From Lama guanicoe (taxonomy: Eukaryota), in NCBI GenBank assembly GCA_013239625.1, contig MU054187.1, forward strand, positions 13,610,974 to 13,674,973: a stretch of 64,000 bases of DNA, in the 5' to 3' direction. Shown in pieces: positions 13,050-26,392 of the stretch (position 1 is its first letter; the number at the start of each line of letters is the position of its first letter). Under the pieces are notes generated by a model that saw only the letters and a list, made by a program, of their open reading frames with translations, had not been told where the DNA came from and searched no databases. A program made the position numbers and the translations under genes.

Positions 13050-13265
13050 ATATTTATTGAGTGTTTACTGTGCCAAGCATGATGCTAAGAGCTATGCAAA
13101 TATCACCTCAGTTTTATCCTTTCCTAAACACTGCAGTCAAGGTGTCCCACTTTACAGACAGAAAAACTGAGACACAGAATAGTTCACTAAGTTGCCCCAA
13201 GTTGACAGCAGATGGAGCCACACGGTGAACCTGGGAAATCTAAGGACACAGTCGGTGTTCCTAAC
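13050..13265 (-). mobile_element. MIR SINE
   Basis: atttattgagtgtttactgtgccaagc ... tttacagacagaaaaactgagacacagaatagttcactaagttgccccaag. Confidence 0.85.
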
Positions 13266-14799
13266 CGTCACAACATACATTTTCCTTCCTCTGTTAATGA
13301 GAAGAGGTTTGATTGTCTTAATCAGATAATATTTAGAGGAAAGCAAATAATTTCTGAACCACTTTGCTTCCTCCTTGAAGAAAGATGCCTGTTTCTTAGC
13401 ATGCTTCTGATGCGTTCTGCTGTGGACCTATGCTATTAAGCATGCCTGCTGTCCCACGTGGGGCTGATGCAAAATGACCATGGCAGTGAGGCTGGTGTGG
13501 CCCGAGCCCCACATCTTCACACACACGCCTCACTGCCTCCTCAGACTGGCCACCATCCACCCAATTCCTGGAGCCTGAGCCCAGCATACCAGCATTATAG
13601 GTTAAAAGATGGATATTTTCATCGGAACCTTCTCATTTCAAAATCTGATTAACATTTCTGCATGGGTTAAAAATTTTTCTGGAATGGGAGGGTGTGAGAA
13701 GACCAAGCTAAAATTTCAGATTCAGAATGCAGATATGTCCGTGTGAAGAGACAGGCATCTGGAAAGCAACCCACGTGCCTGTAAGCTCACTTTAACTACA
13801 TTCCAGAAACCGCCCTGTGCTGTGAACCTGACTGGAATTTCATAGTTCAAGATCTGAGCTTCGCAAGCCCTCAAAGAGCTGGGCAGTACTCTTCACTGCT
13901 TCTCTTGGCCTGTCACTACCGCTGGAGGAACTAGAGAACAGAGAAAAACAATACTCTCATTTTTAAGAGATCAAAAAAATTACACATGATCACATTCTGG
14001 GGGCTTTTCCATCATTTGTGATATAGGCATTCTTCATTTATTAAAATTTGTCAATACTAAGAAGATACAGGCAAGGTTTTTTTTTTCATTTAACATAATG
14101 AAATTAAGTTGGATAAGACGAAATTAATAACTAGTCTAAAAGCAGTACAAACCCATCCCCTGAAGTGATGAATAGAATAGTTTCTTTCCGAATATGATCT
14201 GATTTCTATTGGGCTAGCTCCACTGTATTCTTATTAGACTTCTCTTGATTTCTTCGAAACATCGGCCATTTATTCACTTATTGATTTAACAAACATCTTA
14301 TTGAACGTCCATGTGTTAGAAACTGCACAAGGCATCGAGAGGGACGGGTTCCAATCAGTTCCCACCCTGAAGGCACTCAAGGTCTTGTGAGAAAAGAATT
14401 ACCTGAACAGGCGGTTACACGCTAAGTGATAACCACAGTGATAGAGGTAGTTATACAAGACCCTGTGCCTTACAGGATTGTTTTAAACCAGATAATTTCA
14501 TCTGCATACGAAAGCAAATCCAAAACAGAAACTACCACACTATTGGATGCAAATCTGCCCACCAAACATACAACGTATACAACGTATACCACCAAACTGT
14601 ATTTATCTCAGTAACAGAAAAGAAAAGAAATCTAATAATTACAACTCAGAAAGTATCAAATCATTACATACGGGGGATGGGGCTATTTCATTAGCTGCAC
14701 GATACTTTAAAAAATAGTACTTTACAAATGTGCTTTGTTATTTTTTAATTCCTAATGATTCTATTTTTTAAAATATTTTATTCAGTAATTTTTTTATTT

Positions 14800-16036
14800 T
14801 TTAATTTTTTTACTAAGTATGGTTGATGTACAATATTATGTAAATTACAAATGTACAATATGGTGAGTCACAATTTTTAAAGGTTATGCTCTATTTATAG
14901 TTATTATAAAGTATTGGCTATATTCCTCATGTTGTACAATATATCTTTGTAGCTTATTTTATACATAATAATTTGTACCTCTTAATCCCCTACCCCTGTG
15001 TTTCTCCTCCCCACCTCTCTCTCCCACTGGTAACCGCTAGTTGGTTCTCTGTCTGTGAGTCCACTTCCTTTTTGTTATATTCACTACTTTGTTGTATTTT
15101 TAGATTCCACATATAAATGAAATTGTCTTTCTCTGTCTGACTTATTTCACTTAACATAATACCTTTTAAGGCCATCCATGTTGTTGCAAATGTCAAGATT
15201 TAATTTTTTATGGCTGAGTAATATTCTATTGTGTACATATATATATATATACCACATCTTCTTTATCCATTCATCTATTGATGGACACTTAGGTTGCTTC
15301 CATATCTTGGCTATTGTAAATCATGCTGCTGTGAACACCGGGGTGCATGTATCTTTTCAAATGAGTGTTTTGGTTTTTTTCAGCTATATACCCAGGAGTG
15401 CATTTGTCGGGTCATGTGGTAGTTCTATTTCTATTTTTTTTGAGGCACCTCCATACTGCTTTCCATAGTGGCTGCACCAATTTACAGTCTCACCAATAGG
15501 GTTGCCTTTTCTTCACATCCTCACCAACATTTGTTATTTGTAGACTTTTGATGATAGCCATTTTCACAGGTGTGAGGTGATATCTCATTGTGGTTTTGAT
15601 TTGCATTTCTCTGGTGATTAGCAATGTTGAGCATCTTTCATGTGCTCATTGGCCCTCTGTATATCTTCTTCGGAAAAATGTTTTTTCAGGTCTTCTGCCC
15701 ATTTTTGATTAGGTTTGATTGAGTTGTATGAGCTGTTTATAAGCTTCAGATATTAATCCCTTATTGGCCATGTCATTTACAAATATCTTCTTCCACTCAG
15801 TAGGCTGTCTTTTTGTTTTGTCAGTCATTTCCTTGTTGTGCAAAGTTTTAAAATTTAATTAGGTCCCATTTGTTTATTTTTGCTTTTGTTTCTTTTGCCT
15901 TAGAAGACAGATCCAAAAAATATTTCTATGATTTATGTCAAAGAGTGTTCTACATGTTTATGTTCTCTTCTAGGTGTTTTATGGTTTCAGATCTTACATT
16001 TAGGTCTTTAATCCATTTGGAGTTTATTTTTGTATG
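14800..16036 (-). mobile_element. L1 LINE, 5'-truncated (ORF2 C-terminus plus 3'UTR)
   Basis: Antisense L1 motifs such as ccattcatctattgatggacacttaggttgcttccatatcttggctattg. Minus ORF 14990-15196 (FATTWMALKGIMLSEISQTEKD) is L1-like. T-rich tail near 14790-14810. Confidence 0.97.
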
Positions 16037-17482
16037 ACATTTTCTACCCTCTGGAGACTCCTTTTCAAGTCAGAGTGCTACCTGCAGCTCTCCCGTTCTG
16101 GGCCCACTCAGAACACTGATTCCTCTGCCTCCTCAGTAGTAGACAGTGAATGCTGAGAGTTTCCTATGTGACATTCAGGTCCAGATTCTGGCTTTGGTAT
16201 TCCCTAACCAATCCCATTGTTCTAACATGAGTGAATTATCCTGATTATGGTCTAAGTCCTATCAAATCAGCTCCAAAAAAATTAGTTTTGTTTTTGTAGC
16301 ATTTCTCAATGCCAGAAACCCACTTCCATCTGCTGCTTTAATTCACTGATTACTACAACCCACCTGACACTTATTGACTTATTTTTCCTTGATGCCTATG
16401 ATATACCAGGTACTCTACTGGACACCTGCACTTCCGTTATTTGAAAGCCAGAAGTATTTGGGCAGACAAAGTAGAATCTTATGATAAAGAACTCGAAGTA
16501 TTTACATGTATTATTAAGACTGAAAGGAAGTGTTAAAATAAAACTTACATGATATATTAAAGTTATTGGAAATCTAAAAATCACATGAATTGCTGTTGTA
16601 CAAAACTCCCTTCTTTGTGTGGTACTGGAAGGTGGGAGGGGAGTTAAGGTCTAAGATATAGTTTTTCCTCGTTTGCTTCTGGGAGAATATACTGAGATTG
16701 TGTTCCTATGACCTTTGCACTTTAATCACTCTCTAACATTTACATTTCTCCTTTCAGCTGATTAACAGGTGAACTGATATAAAACCCTTGAATAAATATG
16801 TCTTGCATAAGTGGGACTGATTTACTGGGACTTAGTAAAATCGAATCTCCTAAGGGCTCTCACAGCTAAATTTTCTTCAGCATCATCATCATTAATGTGA
16901 TTATACCACTTCATGTTGGAATCTATAGTGCATGAAAATCTTGGTTTAATTTTATTTAAATTCTACCTGTTTCTTTATAAGCTATTTGGAATAAACCAAC
17001 ACACACCAAGACAGAATAAATAACTGCAAAATGTATCCACTTTTCTTTCCACTTGACTTCCAGAGGTTAACTTAAAGTAGGAAGTGACACATCTCAGGGT
17101 TCAGTTCCTAATGAGACAAGCCAGGGGACACTAGACAAAGGGTAGGCTACGTGATTTCTTAGAGGAGTGGCAGTGGTGGCAGCAGGGGATAGGGTGGAGG
17201 AGGGTGAGTGGGAGGGAGAGGCGGTGAAGGGTGAGCAGAATATAGATGTGTGGTCAGAGAGAGCTAGAAGAAATAGCAGATTTGGACTTTACAAATATCT
17301 CTGAGTAGGTTCCACACATGTGCTGTTTACAAGCTGAGCCACATTAAAATATGCTGAAAATAAGGGAAACTGACTTAGTGACAAAAAGGATAGAGTAGAG
17401 ATAAATGGAGAAGAATGAAAATGCTAGACTAGAGCTTAATGACTGAATGGGATTATGTGGTACTATCTCTAAATTCATAGGT

Positions 17483-18400
17483 GTGTCAATTAGAAGCTTT
17501 GGCTCTGAAACACAGAAGGCTCAATCCAAACTGGCTAAACCACAGTGGAAGTTATTCAGTTATTTAACTAGAAATCCAAAGGTAAATTGGGCTCCAAGAT
17601 GGCTTAACTAAGCAGCATCAGCTCTACTTGGCTGTAGTTCTCTTACTTTCCTCTCTTCTAGATGTCACATTAGTCCTTGCGCTGGGAATAGATGGTAGCA
17701 GCCGCCCCGGGTCTTGTGTTGATATGTGACAGCTTCCCCTGTTGCAGAAAAAATGTGTTACAGCTCAGTTGTGACAGCAACCTGGATCCGGGCGAGAGAC
17801 CAAGCAGCACTCAAAGAGTTGGAGAACTCAGGTTTATTACGCCAGCAGGCCCAGAGGAGTTAACACTCCAAGCTCTGGACCCCGTCCATAGGTTTACACA
17901 GGCTTTTATAGGCTGCCAGTTTTTATAGGCTATCAGTTTTATAGGCTGCAACATCATATGTAAATAAGGGATAACAAAAGTTGACTAATTAAGAACAAGC
18001 TTTGTAAAAATGGACCAATCAGAAGTGAGAGAAATAACCAATCAGGAGTGAAGAAAATAACCAATCAGGAGTGAGCTCAGGGAACCAGTAGAATTTTAGG
18101 GGTAAGTAAGCCGTTTCAGAGGCAAACAGTGAGATAGAGCCTCTGGGCCAGGGAACTGGATGGTGCTGGCGGGAGAGTAGTGGCCCTGCCTGGGGGTCCT
18201 GCAGGTCTTTTTATGGGGCTTCCCGCCTCACTCCCACAAAGGGACAGAGATTTGTTTCTTGAAGTTCCTAAGAAACATTACCCAAAAACATTCCTAGAAG
18301 CCTCTTCTTTAATCTCATTGGCCCATGTTGAGCCACATGGTCACTCATGAAACAATCACTGGCACAAGAGATGGTCTTCCCTCTCCTTAGACCAGAAGGC
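17483..18400 (-). mobile_element. Old MaLR LTR (MLT1J/K/L-like) split by a younger LTR
   Basis: aaactggctaaaccacagtggaagttatt on the left and tctcattggcccatgttgagccacatggtcactcatgaaacaatcactg on the right of the inserted LTR. Confidence 0.65.
17740..18230 (-). mobile_element. Young ERV1-like solo LTR (491 bp)
   Basis: TG...CA termini and a 4-bp TSD-like pair cccc/ctcc. Minus-strand AATAAA at 17833-17838, TATAAAA boxes at 17904-17947, CCAAT repeats at 18015, 18038 and 18061. CpGs are retained. Confidence 0.88.
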
Positions 18401-18609
18401 CATCTGTGAATCTGGGGTTTGGTCAACCTGAGGACTCGTTGGACCTGTCTTGAGAGCTCTTCCAACCATCTGACACTCGGCTGTTTTTCCACTGCTGGAA
18501 ATAGTTACATTCGAAAATATCTGAATAGCCTATTTTGCAGTGAAGTTTTTTCTATTGTAAGAAGAAAACCCAAAGATTTAATTAGAAATATTTCTTTCTC
18601 TTATAATGT

Positions 18610-19725
18610 ATTTTATTGTTTTTTTTATTATTATGGAAATGATATTACTCCCTTTAGAGAACTGTAAATACAAAAAGCATAAAGAAGAAAATAAAAATTG
18701 TATATAATTTCTCACCACCATTAACATTCTAAAAATCTCTTGCTACTCTGTTTTCTATGAATATTTGTTTATCCCATATTTTACTGGTTATTAATGATAG
18801 AAAGGCATTCCAAATTGATTTAAAGAAAAATGAGAATTTATATAGAGTACACTGGGGATATTCCAGAGAATTACAAGGGCAGAACCATACAGGTACGAAC
18901 ATCAGAAACTGGAAAGCAAGTGAGGACATAGGGAGCAGCAGCTCTGTTCTCTCTTTCTGTAGCCTGGCTTTCTTGGCTTTGGCATGCAGATAGTCAAATG
19001 TGGTTGCTCCATAGGTTCCAAATCTATACTGTATTCTTTCTACCATTTATTAAAAACAAGCCTAGATTCCTGGGGGAATCAATCAGTTTCTTCAAGCTTA
19101 GACCAAGAGTCCACTCTTTATCCAATCAACTGTGGTAGAGGAGCACTCGCATAAGATAGCATGGATGCTGAGGGCCCGTGTGTGTGGGAAGTGGATCATC
19201 TGTCAGAAAAAGAGAACCCTTGTCCCCTGGACAAAGCCTCCAGAGCTTACTACTACATTACCCTCCTGCTATTACCGCTGCTGCTACCGAGACATAAAAC
19301 ACACCTACACAAACACATAAATGTCACTGAGACCATCCTGAACATGACGACATGTAACCTGCCTTTGAAAAAAACTCCCAAACATTCTAACATGAACATC
19401 TCTTACGTGATTATGATTGCTCCCAAAACATCATCTTCAGTGGCTCTTAAACATCCCTTCTAATGGATATACCACAACTTAGTTGTACCATATCTTAATT
19501 GGAGAATGAATGTTTACACCTTTCCCAATTTCCTGTTATCATAAGTAATACTTAAACAGATATTTTTGTAAAGTGATTTTTGCTTTCATACTTGCTTACT
19601 CTCATAGAATGGAGTCTTAATAGTGGAAAATATAGGGGCACAAAACTTACCAAGACTCCATCATTATTTTCCAAAAAGGTTGTACTAAATTACATCTCAT
19701 GCAGCAATGTCTGAGAGTTCTCATC
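18610..19725 (-). mobile_element. Old L1ME 3' region interrupted by an MLT1-like LTR (~18780-19200)
   Basis: aaatacaaaaagcataaagaagaaaataaaaat and ttttccaaaaaggttgtactaaattacatctcatgcagcaatgtctgagagttc are L1ME-like. Confidence 0.6.
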
Positions 19726-20199
19726 CTGTAGAGTGTATCTTTGGTAACATATCTAATTATCCAGAGAGAGTCCCTTCAGTGAATTATACTGTTATATCAG
19801 AACACATTATAAGTGCTTAGAATTTATTCTGTTATTAAAGTAGAATTCCCAAACATTTCCTGCTCCCTACATCCTGCCTAGGTCCCCTGGGTCCCACTCT
19901 CCCTCTCCTAAAAGCCTGGGGCCACAGGGCATGGCCAGCTGTGAGTGTTGTCCATCCAGCCTTAGAACAGAGTGTGGGTAAGAGGAAGTCTTTTCTGTTT
20001 TGCCATGCGTCCCTGGGGAATGGTAATCAGGAATTTGAATGCCAGGTCAGATTGAGAGTAAATGCTGTCAAACTAACTATCCATCAAGAGAAAGTTAAGG
20101 TTGGAAGCCGAAGAGAAGGCGGAGACAAGGGGGTGCAGGAAGATTGGAGGCAGGATCTCAAATGCCTTGAGGGGCCAGGCAGGTGGAGGGTGGAGCAGG

Positions 20200-20440
20200 C
20201 TAGGATGTGGCTAAAGCTATCTGGGAAGCCCACGTCTTACCTAAATCACTGCTCCTCAGCCCCAGCAGGTGCTACCCATGGAGATAGCTCAGAGCTTTGA
20301 GATTCAAAATCTTTTAGAAATAAACCAGAAATGTGGATTTTTATAGAATTCCTGATTTTTAAATATTGTCTCAATTTAAAAAAAATGTGTCAGACAAACA
20401 TGTCTATGGTCTATAGATGGACAGTTTGTGATCTTTGACC
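20200..20440 (+). mobile_element. MER102-like hAT-Charlie fragment
   Basis: ccagaaatgtggatttttatagaattcctgatttttaaatattg ... cagtttgtgatctttg matches the MER102 3' half. Confidence 0.7.
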
Positions 20441-21809
20441 TAGGTTAATAAGAAAGCTGGACTGTAGTCCCCTGCTGTGGTCTTTTATGTGATTTTCATA
20501 AGCACAGGCACAGTATGGCTGGAAATATTTAAGTTTCAAGATGGGGCAGTTAAAAGTCAGGCAAATACAAAGGTGGCTGGAAGTTTCAAATGAGATCTGC
20601 TCTTGTCCATAAGTAGCAAGACCCCTGGGAAGGACAAGTCAGACCTCCATTTTATAACAGAAGAGGTAACTTTACCTCGGCTGAGGCCACGTGACACCTC
20701 TAGAGATGGTGAGTATTGTCACATTCCTATGCAAAGAGTACATCCCCTGTACATGAGCCTCTGGTATAAGATGCTCAGGGAAGTGGTTTCACTGGCTAGC
20801 ACCAGCACGCCTGGACGCTGTGACGGTTTTGTCATGTATCACTTCAGCATGTAGATGAGTCCAGATAAGACAGCAACTTGGGATGCTCAGGTCTAAAAAT
20901 AGAGCCACAGCTTAGTCAACGTTGCCCTTTAAATTCCGTTTCCTTCTAACTTTGCTGGCAGCCAAGTCCTGGGATCGGCATGAGTCTGATCATAAAAACA
21001 AGAGCCCATGTTTAGGAAGGAAAACTGATTTGTGTCGGAAATTGGTGGACATGGCTGTTTTGACTGGCTTGCTGTTCTCAACCTTAGCAATGCCATCTAC
21101 CCTCAAAGCTATAACACGCATTACATGTGAAGCCTTTGGATTCATAGCCTTCCGAGGTCTTTCGTTGTGGGTCAGTTCCCTCAGCTCAGTCGAGTGGAGT
21201 CCTCCTGGCCTTGCCTCCTGCATCGCCAACACCAGTGACCACTCCCCTTCTGCCTGGCACTCTCACCAGGTTGGGGTGTGCTGCAAATCTGTCCCTGGTC
21301 AGGGAGGGATCACGCTGAAAGAGAAACCTATGTTGAAGCACTGAAATCAAGACAGGCACACACATTTCAAGCTGTGTTGCTCCCTGTTGCTAGTAGTGCT
21401 GTAGCAGAACAGTCAACATGCAGGCTTTTCACACAGACCCATAATTAGAGACTCAAAACCCAGCTCTTGGTGTGGGAGCTCCTGCTTGTCTTTTTGCAAT
21501 GCTTCATGCCATGTGGGTTTGGATACTGGGGGACAGAGTTTAGTCTGCCTGCTGAACAAGATGTGCAGTAATATGTCAGCATGCACGTAGTCCAGAATTA
21601 GACACTCAGATGAATTCTAAGAAAAGCCCTGAAGTGAGGGTGGCTTAGGATTGAGGGTCCTTTTTTATTCTCTAGACATAAAGGATTCCATTAATAAAAT
21701 CTGGTAGGGCCTTAGACTCTCAACTCTCAGATGACCACAACTAGTCATGAATAAAAGAATTCTCAGTAAGTATGATACTTAATGAGATACTGCAAAGCAC
21801 AGGAATTGC

Positions 21810-22255
21810 TATTATTTATTGAGTTCTCACTATGTGCCAGGGAGAGTGCTTTATGTGCATTTTCTCATTTAATCTTCATATGAGCCTAGGAGGGGCATAG
21901 CACAATAGTTAAGCACAAAACTTCTGGAATTAGACTGCTTGGGTTCAAATCCTGACACACTCCTGTGATTAACCATGAAAGATTGAACTGTTCACCACCC
22001 AGAGCTTCAGTGTCTGTATCTGCAGTATGGCCAAACTGGGTCATAGAATCATTAAAAAGATTAAATGGAATAAATCAGACAATGGTCTTAGCTCAGTGCT
22101 TGGCACATAACAAATGCTCAATAAATGTTAACTATTATACATTGTAATTACTCTAATTATGGGAACCAAGGGTCAGAAAATGTAAGAAAACTGCCCAAGA
22201 TCACTTAGTTACAATTTGAAACACATCTATCAGAGGCCAAAGTCCCTGCTTTCAG
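21810..22255. mobile_element. Plus-strand MIR (~21890-22140) nested in a minus-strand MIR
   Basis: Minus MIR atttattgagttctcactatgtgccagg resumes at gggaaccaagggtcagaaaatgtaagaaaactgcccaagatcac. Plus MIR gggttcaaatcctgac ... cttggcacataacaaatgctcaataaatgttaactatta. Confidence 0.8.
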
Positions 22256-24854
22256 CCCCCCTCGGTAATCATTTCCATGACACATAGATAGATATTCCTG
22301 AACTATTTTGCCTCCTGTGTGGATAAATGGACTCAAGTCAAGAGGTCGAATAGGGCACATGAAAATGAATGGGAATAAGACATACAGTTGCATAAAGTGT
22401 GTCTCTCCCTAAATAGACTGTTAACTCCTTGACACCAGGGACAATGTCTTATTCACTGTTGTATTTTCAAGGGGTCTTACATGACTTATGTCTCCAGTCC
22501 CTTGTGAAGCCCTGTACGTGAACAGGTGCCCGACAAATACCGAAGGAATGATGCCTTCAGGACTATTTCCAAGGACCATGCTACCATGCAGATTTGTCCT
22601 TTCCCAGGCTACTGCTGGATGCAGAATTGGCCATGGGCTTTGGACTCAGCCCAGCCTTTGCTCCGCAAAGACCAGAGCCTCAGGAAAATAATCTTACTAT
22701 TCAGATTTCCTTTTTTTAAGATATTACGCAGTATAACACTCTTCTGTCATGGGAATATTTTGAAATTAATTAGTTTGATATTTTTGGTATGTGCACAGAA
22801 AAAAATCAGAGTAAGTGTACACCAAGCTATTAACAGGTTATTTCTAAGAGAATATGAGACATTTACTTGCTAATTTTCTGTATTTTGTAAAACATGATTT
22901 TCTTTGACAGTGAACATCTACGATTTCAGTAGATGAGAAAAACAATTCAGATTTTTGAAATAATTAGGCTTAATTTGTTTACACTCATTTTATATGAATT
23001 AAATGATCTCTTCTTTGAGATATTTAAGAGGTACTTTTAACTCATCAGCAAAATCTTTGTCCATCTGGAGGGTTCCCTCTGAGGTGACTCATCAGGCTTT
23101 TGCACTGATTTGTATTAGATTTTTAGAGAATTGTATCTTCTGAGCTTCTAGGGGTACATAATACTGAGAATCTTCAGTTTCAAGTAACCCAGATGCATTG
23201 ATGATGCCTCAGGAAACTTAGAGAGAAAAGTAACCTAGATTCACAATGATGTAGAGTTGACAGGTTCTGGAAGTGATACAATCCAGCCTTTGTTGCCCTG
23301 CTGCTCTCTCCTGCACCGGCCTCTTTGGAAAGCTTCCTGGAAAGGGGAGCTTGGAGACAAGAGGTAGCGTTCTCCATGGTTGTGCAGTTTTGTTGAGAAA
23401 CGTTCCCTGATACATTCAGCTGCAACTTGCCCTATTGTTGTGTTCGTCTGTTCATCCCCGCTCTGCTCTCTGGAGCTACCAAGACAGGGCTGTGTGTCCA
23501 GCACCATGACTCCCTCCACCTGTTAGAATCTGACCAGAGCTGTTTGCTGGTTTGGTGATGTGAGCAGGAGACGACTAGCTGGAAGGAGGAGACGGATGTT
23601 GAAGAGTAAGTGGGATGGGCACACATTGCTCTCCAAAATCAATCTTCATTGTTTCACACAATGTTAAGACACAAAAGGCTTTTTCATTTCTTTTACAGGA
23701 GCAAGGGACAAGGTAAACTGGCTATAGATGAGGGGGAAAGAGTGTTTGGTCTTACTGATAGATATAGTTTTTAAAGGAAAGACCAAAACATTTAGTAGAT
23801 AACCTAGGTTGTAGTCCACATCCAGATATGAAAATAAAATCTCAGTAGCTTCCACTCATTCTGCTCATAGGCCCAGAGTGTGGGGCCTTTTCAGAGATGA
23901 CTGTTCTGTAATGAGACTTCCACAGTGTTCTAACAACTCTCTACACTTGGACAGAGCCTAGAACTGAACGGCCTCACAGTGAAGTGGACTATGGTGAGAG
24001 CACAGAGCACCATCACACTAACCATCTCGTGTTGCTGTGGGTTTAATGCCTCCACTGGACAGTTATAGTGTCTCTTGATTCCATTACCACAACTCGGCAG
24101 GCTTCTGAAAATAAAAATGACCAGATAATGAAGTGGAATTGGGGAGGAGGGTCAACTCGGGAGGTCCTGCACAGATCTACCCTAGCAGGAGATTTCTTTC
24201 CAGATTGACTTGAGGCATTAATCAGCATCCTTAGGGCTGAGTTCAGCCAAGGACCAGGCTTGTACTGTCATCTAAAGACCATGTTTCTACTTCTGAGCCA
24301 CTGGGATATGAGGAAGACTTTGCCAAAAAGTCTTGCTGGGATTCAGGTGTTGGGCCTCCCCAGTTTTCCCCAGTGTCACCATTCCAATTCTAGTTCCTTT
24401 AATAAGCATGTGACCTTTCCTTTGCCTTTCCGTTGTTTCAGTTCTGAACTTACTAACAGAACAGAAATGACTAATAATTCCTCCACTCAGGAAATAGACC
24501 ACTCTTTCTGTTCATCTTGTTCTGCGTAAGCACTTCTTTCACAATGTAGACGACAATGGGAAAGGTTTCCGGAAAATTTAATAAAATGTGGAACAGACAA
24601 ATTCATAAAGATCTACTAGGAGATTTTGTATTATATAATTAGCAGTCCTTGGTGACTTTTGAAAAAGAAGGAAATAAAGTTCCCCACAGGCTGAGGAGAA
24701 GGATATTACAGAAATGACTTTTGAAGAAAAGAGGAGATGGTGAATAAAATAAGGTCAACAGTTGGAGGGATGGCCTTGAAGATGAGAGAGAAACCATGTT
24801 CTTCTGAACGAGGGAAGGAAAAGGGGAGCTTTGAATATACTGAAGTGTTAGAGC

Positions 24855-25348
24855 GGTGGTTTAGTCTTCTCTGCATGCTGTGACAAATGACCACAGACTT
24901 AATGACTTACAACAACAAGACTTATCCCCTTATAGCTATTTAACTGAGAAGTCAGGTCTGGGTCTCACTGGGCCAGCATCAAGGTGTTGGCTGGGCTGCA
25001 TTTCTTTCCAGAGGCTTTAGGAGAAAATACATTTCCTTGCCTTTTCCAACTTCTGCATTCCTTGGCTTGTGGCCTCCTCCCTCTGTTTTCAAAGCCACAG
25101 TGTCCAGTTGAGTTTTTCTCACATTGCATCACTCTGACCCTCTTCTGCCTCCTCCTTTCACATTTAAGGACCCTTGTCATTACCTTGACCTCACCTGATA
25201 AATCCAGGATAATTTTCCTAAAGACATTATTAGCAGCCTTAATTCCATCTGCAATCTGGTTCCCCCTTGCCAGGTACGGTAACATATTCACAGCCTCTGG
25301 GGATTGGGACGTGGGCATCTTTGGGAGGTGATTATTCTGCCTACCACA
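24855..25348 (-). mobile_element. MaLR solo LTR (MLT1D-like)
   Basis: catcaaggtgttggctgggctgcatttctttccagaggct ... catctttgggaggtgattattctgcctaccaca. Confidence 0.92.
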
Positions 25349-26099
25349 GACAGGAAATTGAGGAAACTTGTGTAGAGTGATTTGCTTTTAATTAATGAAA
25401 TTGAAAGCTTAAACATTTTCTCAAAGCAAGAAAAAAGAGGATAAGGCTGGAATTGTTTTCATTTTCAAGAAGCTAAAAAAAAGCGCAGGCATCCTGCAGC
25501 AGCTTTGGCCGACGTTAGCCGTCTACCCTGACACACCAGCGTCAGTTTTATATCCTAATATAAAGATTGGCTTCCCTGTGGTGGCTCAGTTCCCTTTTTA
25601 TACTTTCTTGTTTAATGTCTGTTTCTCCTTTAGGCTGTAAAGAACATAGAAGGTTGAGGGGACGATGTCTTTTTGTTCTCAGTTGTATGCCCTGCACCTA
25701 GAGTCTATAATAGGCTCTAAATAAATATTTATTGACAAATTTAAATAAATCCTACTGGACAGTCTGACATTTCCACACTTGTAAAATTCAAATGGTTTTG
25801 CTGGTAATGAAATCCAAAAGCTTCCACAATCACCGCAGCTCAGAGGAAGGCTTCTAAATCATATGGTTCAAAGGTTCTCCTCAGCCCTCTAGGCGCACGT
25901 TCTGCCTCGTGGTCACTCCCTCGGTCAGCACGTGCTGTTCAGGTTAGTCCTGGGCACCTACAGACTTGCCAGAGTGGGGTTTATCCTGGTGCCTGATGGT
26001 TTAATTTTCTCACCAGCATCCAAATCCCTGATTTCAAAAAGGCATATATTAGAGTCTTTTCCTCTGAAAGTATCCAGCAGTTTACCCCCAAGACAGACA

Positions 26100-26392
26100 G
26101 ATTTTTTAACAGCTTTATTGAGGTGTAAATGATATTTTAAAACTGTGTGTCAGCTTTTTAATCTATATGACATGGTACGTTTTGACATATGTACACCCCT
26201 GATGGTACATATCCATCACACCTCAAAAGTCTTCTCCTGCCCCTTTGGGTTTTTTTTGTTGTCATCGTTTTTGTTGTTTTTGTTTGTTTTTATTATGATA
26301 AGATCACTTAATATGAGATCTGCCCCCTAGACATGTTTTCAGATGCACAAGACAATATTGTTAACTGTAGGCACAGGGTTGTACAGCAGATT
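26100..26392 (-). mobile_element. L1M (L1MA/MB-type) 3' end
   Basis: aacagctttattgaggtgtaaatg ... acaatattgttaactgtaggcacagggttgtacagcagat. Confidence 0.85.

Noticed and set aside
17904..18075. Regularly spaced short repeats superficially like a CRISPR array
   Set aside because: These are tandem promoter-motif duplications within a retroviral LTR, in eukaryotic DNA with no unique spacers or cas genes.
20922..21344. 140-aa plus-strand ORF
   Set aside because: Non-ATG start in the sequence, no recognisable domain, no splice context. Consistent with chance.
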